This document shows, piece after piece, positions 7,437-13,624 of a DNA stretch of 13,624 nucleotides. The notes under the pieces were generated by a model. That model did not search any database, was not told where the DNA came from, and worked only from the letters and a program-made list of their open reading frames with translations. Both the position numbers and the translations under genes were made by a program. How positions within the stretch are numbered: position 1 is the first letter of the stretch; each line of letters starts with the position of its first letter. The stretch is from Candidatus Oleincola secundus. GTDB taxonomy: Bacteria; Atribacterota; Phoenicimicrobiia; Phoenicimicrobiales; Stramentimicrobiaceae. The stretch spans positions 1 through 13,624 of the forward strand of contig JAGYLS010000046.1 of the NCBI GenBank assembly GCA_018400815.1. The letters run 5' to 3'.

Positions 7437-8834
7437 ATGGCAGATATGGATGTTGTTATTATCGGAGGAGGAGTTGGGGGTTATGTAGCAGCCATAAAAG
7501 GGGCACAATTGGGCTTAAAAGTTGCTCTAATCGAGAAAGATAAAATTGGCGGAATTTGCCTGAATCACGGTTGTATACCTACCAAGTCTTTGGCTAGCTC
7601 AGCTCAAATATGGGAATATATTAAAAACGCCAGTCAATATGGACTTTCCGCAGATAATATTTCTTTTGATTTTAATAAGATAATCGAGAGAAAGGATAAA
7701 ATTGTTAACCGTTTGACCCTGGGTGTTAAATATCTTCTGAAGGCCAGAGAAGTCCAGGTAATAGAAGGTGAAGCAGAGATACTTTCCCCCAAACAGGTAG
7801 CAGTTTACCAGGGAAACAATGATAAAGAGGTTTTAAAAACCAAGAATATTATAATTGCAACCGGATCAGCTGTACGGAAAATTAATGTTGAAGGAATAGA
7901 TAATAAAAATATCATTGATACCAATGAGGCATTAGTCCTGAAAACCCTGCCCAAAAAAATGTTGATAGTAGGGGCCGGTTACTCCGGGGTTGAATTTGCT
8001 TCTATTTTCAATAGTTTCGGTGTCGAGATATGTGTTATGGATCTTCTAAAAAGGATTTTATTACCGGTAGATGATGAAATTGCAAATTCATTATTAGGCA
8101 TATTAAAAAAACAAGGAATAAAATTTTATCTAAATAGCAAACTGGAAAAAATTGTTTCAAAAAATGATAGACTCTTAGTAAATATGAAAAGTAAAGAGGA
8201 AGAAAAAAAAGAAATAACAGTTGAAAAAGTGTTGCTATCTACCGGTCGAGTACCAGACTTTGGAGGTTTAAATGTTCAAGGGTTAGGTATTGAGTTGGAA
8301 AATGAAGGAATTAAAGTTGATAAATATATGAGAACCAATATTCCTGGAATTTATGCAGTTGGGGATGTAGTAGCCAAAAAAATGTTGGCCCATGTTGCTA
8401 CAGCACAAGGACAGGTTGCTGTAAAGCATATTGCCGGAATTAGAAATCCCATGTCTTATCAGGTAGTTCCGTTTTGTGTTTTTACCAATCCGGAAGTTGC
8501 CAGTGTAGGATTAAACGAGAATGAAGCAAGGGAAGAATTTCCAGATATTAAAATTTTTAGATTTCCCTATCAGGCAAACGGAAAAGCTCTGGGAATGGAT
8601 GAAAAAGAAGGTTATGTAAAAATGATAGCTAATGCCAAGGATAATCAAGTTGTTGGTATACATATTATCGGAGCACATGCCAGTGATCTTATTGCTGAAG
8701 CTACTTTAGCAATACAACAAGGATGTACTGCTTCTGATATTGCCGGGACAATTCATGCTCATCCTCCATTAGCTGAAACTATTGCTGAAACAGCAGAAGG
8801 TATTCTCGGACAGCCTATACATGTGCTGAAGTAG
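7437..8834 (+). CDS. lpdA: Dihydrolipoyl dehydrogenase (E3)
   Basis: GGGVGGYVAAI FAD motif, GGICLNHGCIPTK redox disulfide, GAGYSGVE NAD motif, IYAVGD, and C-terminal HAHPPLAE His-Glu dyad. Confidence 0.93.
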   Translation: MADMDVVIIGGGVGGYVAAIKGAQLGLKVALIEKDKIGGICLNHGCIPTKSLASSAQIWEYIKNASQYGLSADNISFDFNKIIERKDKIVNRLTLGVKYLLKAREVQVIEGEAEILSPKQVAVYQGNNDKEVLKTKNIIIATGSAVRKINVEGIDNKNIIDTNEALVLKTLPKKMLIVGAGYSGVEFASIFNSFGVEICVMDLLKRILLPVDDEIANSLLGILKKQGIKFYLNSKLEKIVSKNDRLLVNMKSKEEEKKEITVEKVLLSTGRVPDFGGLNVQGLGIELENEGIKVDKYMRTNIPGIYAVGDVVAKKMLAHVATAQGQVAVKHIAGIRNPMSYQVVPFCVFTNPEVASVGLNENEAREEFPDIKIFRFPYQANGKALGMDEKEGYVKMIANAKDNQVVGIHIIGAHASDLIAEATLAIQQGCTASDIAGTIHAHPPLAETIAETAEGILGQPIHVLK

Positions 8835-8920
8835 CCAAAACGAAAGAATCTCGGTCTTTTTAAAGATAATACTATTAAAATGATATCAAGAGATATTCTT
8901 GAGTAGAGGAAAATAATAGA

Positions 8921-9534
8921 ATGAAAAATAAGTTTTATGTTTTTATTATTTTGCTAATAATTGTTTTCAGGATTCTTCCTCTGGAAAATGATGGTTTCTC
9001 CACAGTATTCTTTAAGGCAACTGGAGAAAGCCATAAACGAACATAATGTCACGGCTTTCAATAAGTATGTTGATGTAGATGGAGCAGTGGATAGTATTGT
9101 TGTGCAAACCTGAATATTATGCCTCAAAGAAGAAAACGGAAGCAGGTGGAGTGAAATCAGAAATAAAATAGGCAATACCCTTCTTTCGGTGGTTAAGCCA
9201 AATTTAAAAGAAATAATCAAGAAAGAGGTGCTCGATTATATTGCTACAGGGCAATGGACCGGCAATGAAGCAGGGAAAGAAAACAAAATATCATCAATAG
9301 TTATTCAGGTTATCAAAAGAAAAAATTGACCCAGAACAGTGGGACCAACAGTCAATTAACTACTGAAATAAATGGTAACATTGCACATGTTGGTTTAACA
9401 TACTTTGATAAGGCAAAAGAGACTAATTTTTTACTGGAAGTCAAAATGAGAAACATGAAGGGTTATTGGCAAATTATTGAGATTTCAATGTTGCACAAAT
9501 ATTAAATATGTATCAAAATATAGATAATCTTTAG
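8921..9534 (+). pseudogene. DUF2939-like membrane-anchored protein, frameshifted
   Basis: SD GAGG, ATG and a hydrophobic N-terminus, then in a shifted frame SPQYSLRQLEKAINEHNVTAFNKYVDVD..VDSIV (DUF2939-like). Continues KPNLKEIIKKEV..LLEVKMRNMKGYWQIIEI to TAG at 9532-9534, with several indels. Confidence 0.65.
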
Positions 9535-9588
9535 AGTTGATTTTACAAATCAATTATAAATGTTGTAACATATTGGTTAATAATAAAG

Positions 9589-9783
9589 TTTTATTTAACC
9601 ATAAAAACCACCTTCTTTGATAAATAAAATGGTTTTACCATAAAGATATACTAACTGAAATATTTTTACCTGAAGTTCTAAAGAGATTTGAAGAGAAAAG
9701 AGCAGAGAAAAAATGGCTTATAAATAGTTAAGCCTCTTTTAGAGGTCTCTTAAAGCCACCCGCTATGCGGGAGCGGTATTTAC
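9589..9783 (+). mobile_element. Non-autonomous IS200/IS605-like element (PATE/MITE-like), copy 2
   Basis: Blocks shared with copy 1, in order: ttttatttaaccat.aaaaaccaccttct, taaataaaa.ggttttaccataaa.atat, tttttacctgaa.ttc.aaagag, c.tcttttagagg, and aaa.cca.ccgct.tgcggg..tttac. Confidence 0.65.
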
Positions 9784-9820
9784 TTGTCTAGAATTTAGAT
9801 TTAGAAGGAGGTCAAAAGCA

Positions 9821-10876
9821 ATGAATTATCACGAAATTGAAAAAATCATAGGAAAAGATGCTGATTATCTATTAAGGCATCAATGTGAGACAATTTCAAA
9901 GGAACATCTTCATTTACCCGGAGCTGATTTTGTTGAGCGCATTTTTGAAATTTCTGACCGCTCAAATCAAGTAAAGCAAAATTTAAAGCATGTTTTTAAT
10001 CATGGCAGATTAAAAGGTACTGGCTATCTTTCAATCTTACCTGTAGACCAGGGAATTGAACATTCTGCCGGGGCTTCTTTTGCCCCTAATCCCATTTATT
10101 TCGACCCGGAAAATATTGTTAAATTAGCCATAGAAGGGGGTTGTAATGCAGTAGCATCAACATTAGGAGTATTGGGCATGGTTTCCAACAGGTATGCAGA
10201 TAAAATTCCATTTATTGTAAAAGTAAACCATAATGAATTATTGTCCTATCCCAATCGCTATGACCAAACAATGTTTGCAACAGTGGAACAGGCTTATGAA
10301 ATGGGTGCCAGGGGAGTCGGTGCTACCATTTATTTTGGTTCGGAGGAATCTCGGAGACAAATTGAAGAGGTTTCTCTTGCCTTCATGCATGCACATCAAC
10401 TGGGTATGTTTACAGTGTTGTGGTGTTATCTAAGAAATTCAGCATTCAAAAAAGAAGGAGTTGATTACCATACTTCAGCTGACTTAACAGGACAGGCTAA
10501 TCATATTGGCGTTACTCTTGAAGCAGATTTAATTAAACAAAAACAACCTACCAATAATGGTGGATACCAGGCTATTGGGTTTGGAAAGACCAGTCCGATT
10601 GTCTATGAAAAATTAACGACCGAACATCCAATTGATCTGACACGTTATCAGGTTGTTAACTGTTTTATGGGTAGAATTGGTTTAATCAATTCCGGAGGAG
10701 CCTCCGGGGAAAATGATTTACAACAAGCTGTTAAAACTGCCGTTATTAATAAAAGAGCCGGAGGAATGGGGGTTATTTCAGGAAGAAAAACATTCCAGAA
10801 GCCAATGGAAGAAGGTGTTAAAATATTCCATGCCATCCAGGATGTTTATCTTTGTAAGGAAATTGGAATAGCTTAA
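9821..10876 (+). CDS. fbaB: Class I fructose-bisphosphate aldolase (DhnA/FbaB family)
   Basis: [40 protein letters not shown], Schiff-base region ADLIKQK and [23 protein letters not shown]. Confidence 0.95.
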   Translation: MNYHEIEKIIGKDADYLLRHQCETISKEHLHLPGADFVERIFEISDRSNQVKQNLKHVFNHGRLKGTGYLSILPVDQGIEHSAGASFAPNPIYFDPENIVKLAIEGGCNAVASTLGVLGMVSNRYADKIPFIVKVNHNELLSYPNRYDQTMFATVEQAYEMGARGVGATIYFGSEESRRQIEEVSLAFMHAHQLGMFTVLWCYLRNSAFKKEGVDYHTSADLTGQANHIGVTLEADLIKQKQPTNNGGYQAIGFGKTSPIVYEKLTTEHPIDLTRYQVVNCFMGRIGLINSGGASGENDLQQAVKTAVINKRAGGMGVISGRKTFQKPMEEGVKIFHAIQDVYLCKEIGIA

Positions 10877-10915
10877 TAAAAATGAGAATGCTAAACATTA
10901 ATTGAGAATTATCTA

Positions 10916-10963
10916 ATAAGAAAAGAAGAGATCTTTTGCAATAAAGACCTCTTCTTTTCTTAT
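10916..10963. terminator. Bidirectional terminator between convergent fbaB and the trehalose gene
   Basis: ataagaaaagaagag.tcttt / aaaga.ctcttcttttcttat inverted repeat with one mismatch. Confidence 0.75.
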
Positions 10964-11024
10964 ATTTACTAAATTAATTACATCCTTTTTTATTATTTTA
11001 ATTAGTTTAGCCGCAGAGAATGCT

Positions 11025-13211
11025 TTAAGATTTCCTAGCCAACTCCTTTAACAAGGCACGAACTTCTGTTGAAGAGTGTATATTGTACTTTGACTCAGAA
11101 ATTCCCTGTCCAACTTTGATAGAATAGGCTGAATTTGGCAGATAAGAAAAGGTGACTTCGTCTGACCAGTCATCACCAATAGCCAGAATAAAATCCCAAT
11201 CTTTTTCTGATATCCATTGATAGGCAGTAGCTCCTTTATTGATTCCGGTTGGCTTGATTTCTATAACCTTTTCTCCGTGATATACCTCTAAATTCAGATT
11301 AGAAGTAAGGTATGTTAAGGAATCCATGAGTTCCATGGCACGGGTACGTCCAAATGTCGGATCTGTTTTGAAATAATGCCAAACCAGCGAATATTCCTTC
11401 TCCTGAACAAAAGAACCGGGGGTACGGTTAGTATACAATTCCAGGATTGGTTTAATCTGACTCTTCCATTCCTTTCTTAATGGTTCAATGGTTTGCCATT
11501 TAGTTGAATCTTTTCTAAGCCAGGCACCGTGTTCGGCGATAAAATCTACCCTTATATTCTTAAACCATTTTTCTAAGAAATGTTTTTCTCTGCCACTAAC
11601 AATGACTACTTTATTCTTCTGGTCCCGGTTAATCAGGTTGATTGTATTGAGTACATCCTTGGAAGGGTTGTTCTGATTGAATCTGAAATGCTCAGGAATA
11701 AGGGTACCATCATAGTCAATTAGAAATAGCCGTTGATTGCTTATTTTGTATTGTTTTATAATTTTTAATCTGTTTTTGGGTGATAGATATCTGGCAGAAA
11801 GGTTTTTTTGTGCATTTTTTACTTTGATTAGTGTTTCTTTGAAATCTTCTGCCCATTTTTTAACATCATACTCTTTTAATCGCTTCTGCATACTTATATT
11901 TCTTTTTTTCTGTTCTTTTTCATCCATATTTAAGGCATACTTTAAAGCCCAGGAGATTTGTGTGCGGTTATTGGGATTAACAATTAGAGCCTCTCCCATT
12001 TCATTGCCTGCTCCGGCCATTTCACTGAGAATTAGAACACCCTTCTCATCTTTTTTGGTTGCAATATATTCTTTGGCAATAAGATTCATTCCATCTTTGA
12101 TTGGTGTTATTAGTGCGACATCTGCAATATAGTATAAAGCAGTTAATTCGTGAAAGGGCAATGAACGATATAAGTATGAGATAGGAGACCAGCCTAATTT
12201 CCCAAATTTTCCATTAATAGAGCCAATCATTTCATCAATATGGTGCTTTAATTGCTGGTATTGAAGAACACCGGTGCGGGAAGGAACAGCTACCAGAACC
12301 ATAGTTACTTTCTCCCAATATTCCGGATTGTCTTCCAGAAATGTCGAAAAGGCTTCCAGCCGTTCCAAGATACCTTTTGTGTAATCCAGTCGGTCAACTG
12401 AAATGATAATTTTTTTCTGAGTAATATTATTTCTCATTTTTTGAATTTCTAGTTTAGTCTGTTTTTGTTCTGAAGAATTGTAGAAACGGTTAAAATCAAT
12501 TCCCATTGGGAAAGAGTCTACCTTAATCATCCGATTCTGATAATTAACATTACCCAGGCTGTTTTCATATCCTCTTAAACGCAAAATAGTATCAAGAAAG
12601 TTACGAACATAATCATAGGTATGAAAACCAATCAAATCAGAACCCATTAATCCTTCCAATATTTCTCTCCGCCATGGAAGAAGACGAAAAATCTCAGTTG
12701 GAGGGAAAGGAATATGTAAAAAGAAACCAATGGTCAAGTCCGGTCTTCTTTTTCTTAGCATGTTTGGTAGTAACATAAGGTGATAATCATGTATCCAAAT
12801 GGTGTCATCAGGCTGTACGATGTCAAGAATGGTCTGACAAAAGATTTGATTAACATGTCTATAAGCTTCCCAAAGATGATTTTGATATATAGTAAATTGA
12901 TTAAAGCAATGAAATAAAGGCCAGATGGTTTTATTGCAATACCCGTTATAATAATCCTCAATATGCGATTGAGATAAAAAAACAGGGTAATTACCCATTT
13001 GATCCATCTTTTTAATCAAATCTTCTTTTTCATCACCATTTATCTGTTCCCTGGCTAAACCCGGCCATCCGACCCAAAGACATTCGTAATCTTTTTGGAA
13101 TGATGACATCCCGGTGGCTAACCCGCCTACGCTCTGCTGATACGAGAGTTTATCTTTTTCCTTTTTTACCGTTACCGGAAGGCGATTAGATACAACAACG
13201 ATTCGTGACAT
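11025..13211 (-). CDS. otsAB: Bifunctional trehalose-6-phosphate synthase/phosphatase (GT20 OtsA fused to HAD OtsB)
   Basis: VSNRLP, GGLA, WVGWPG, WIHDYHL, FLHIPFP, VDRLDYTKG, DGMNL and LSEMAG (GT20); DYDGTL, SGR, AEHG, NKG and GDD..DE (HAD phosphatase). SD AAGGAGG. Confidence 0.95.
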   Translation of the reverse strand: MSRIVVVSNRLPVTVKKEKDKLSYQQSVGGLATGMSSFQKDYECLWVGWPGLAREQINGDEKEDLIKKMDQMGNYPVFLSQSHIEDYYNGYCNKTIWPLFHCFNQFTIYQNHLWEAYRHVNQIFCQTILDIVQPDDTIWIHDYHLMLLPNMLRKRRPDLTIGFFLHIPFPPTEIFRLLPWRREILEGLMGSDLIGFHTYDYVRNFLDTILRLRGYENSLGNVNYQNRMIKVDSFPMGIDFNRFYNSSEQKQTKLEIQKMRNNITQKKIIISVDRLDYTKGILERLEAFSTFLEDNPEYWEKVTMVLVAVPSRTGVLQYQQLKHHIDEMIGSINGKFGKLGWSPISYLYRSLPFHELTALYYIADVALITPIKDGMNLIAKEYIATKKDEKGVLILSEMAGAGNEMGEALIVNPNNRTQISWALKYALNMDEKEQKKRNISMQKRLKEYDVKKWAEDFKETLIKVKNAQKNLSARYLSPKNRLKIIKQYKISNQRLFLIDYDGTLIPEHFRFNQNNPSKDVLNTINLINRDQKNKVVIVSGREKHFLEKWFKNIRVDFIAEHGAWLRKDSTKWQTIEPLRKEWKSQIKPILELYTNRTPGSFVQEKEYSLVWHYFKTDPTFGRTRAMELMDSLTYLTSNLNLEVYHGEKVIEIKPTGINKGATAYQWISEKDWDFILAIGDDWSDEVTFSYLPNSAYSIKVGQGISESKYNIHSSTEVRALLKELARKS

Positions 13212-13468
13212 GATATAACCTCCTTAGAAGGAAAGTAATTATAAACAAAGAATGAGAATTAAAGATATCCACTCTTATCTATTTAATATATTAACACATT
13301 TCAATGGTCATTAAAATGAGCATTTTAACTTTTCCATTCGAAAGGAAGGGATAGTGTCGTTTTATTAATAATATAGATGTTTTGAATATTATGCACATCA
13401 TTAAGAAAGTGAATACTATATAGTTTGGGGGAAAATAGTATTTTAAAACTATCGCTTGGGAATTTAAC

Positions 13469-13498
13469 TTGCATTTAGATATGAAAACAGTCTATAAT
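13469..13498 (+). promoter_or_regulatory. Promoter for a gene starting beyond the right edge
   Basis: TTGCAT, 18 nt spacer, TATAAT; SD AGGAGGTG at about 13609-13616 at the window end. Confidence 0.55.
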
Positions 13499-13624
13499 AT
13501 TAACTAACAATCTGCTTATAGTGTTCATATATCTTGAAATAATGAATAGGTTTTAATTCAATTCAATTCAATCATGCGCTTACAATCTAAATATTTATCG
13601 AATAGGGAAGGAGGTGTTTATCTT

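Noticed and set aside
9111..9113. In-frame TGA as evidence of stop-codon recoding or selenocysteine
   Set aside because: It coincides with a frameshift, TGA is a normal stop in trkA, and the intact genes have no internal TGA.
3801..9783. Repeat pair as a CRISPR array or composite transposon ends
   Set aside because: Only two long diverged copies without regular spacers, no cas or transposase gene, and housekeeping genes between them.
10233..12961. Short ORFs 10233-10433, 10648-10836, 11488-11676, 11737-12132 and 12755-12961
   Set aside because: Alternate-frame or antisense shadows of fbaB and the trehalose gene.
13555..13572. Short aattc tandem repeat
   Set aside because: Only about three 5-bp units in AT-rich DNA, which is compatible with chance.

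Overview
AT-rich bacterial chromosomal window of mostly housekeeping and stress genes. Intact genes: trkA (-), an Asp23/Gls24-family gene, hup (-), a CMD/AhpD-like gene, lpdA, class I FBP aldolase fbaB, and a fused trehalose-6-phosphate synthase/phosphatase (-). Disrupted genes the ORF track misses or truncates: a B12-binding radical SAM gene full of indels (~2164-3539), the 3' part of a DUF4384+PEGA gene, a DUF2939-like gene (8921-9534), and ~10-codon stubs resembling the starts of spoVS and trkH. Two signals stand out. First, two diverged copies (3801-4040, 9589-9783) of a ~200-240 bp hairpin-ended element without a transposase; it looks like a non-autonomous IS200/IS605 derivative and lies just upstream of the RBS of asp23 and of fbaB. 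Second, a ~250 nt trkA leader with a near-consensus promoter, a hairpin-sequestered 30-32 codon uORF and an intrinsic terminator, which may be an attenuator. All calls are by eye; no database searches were run.
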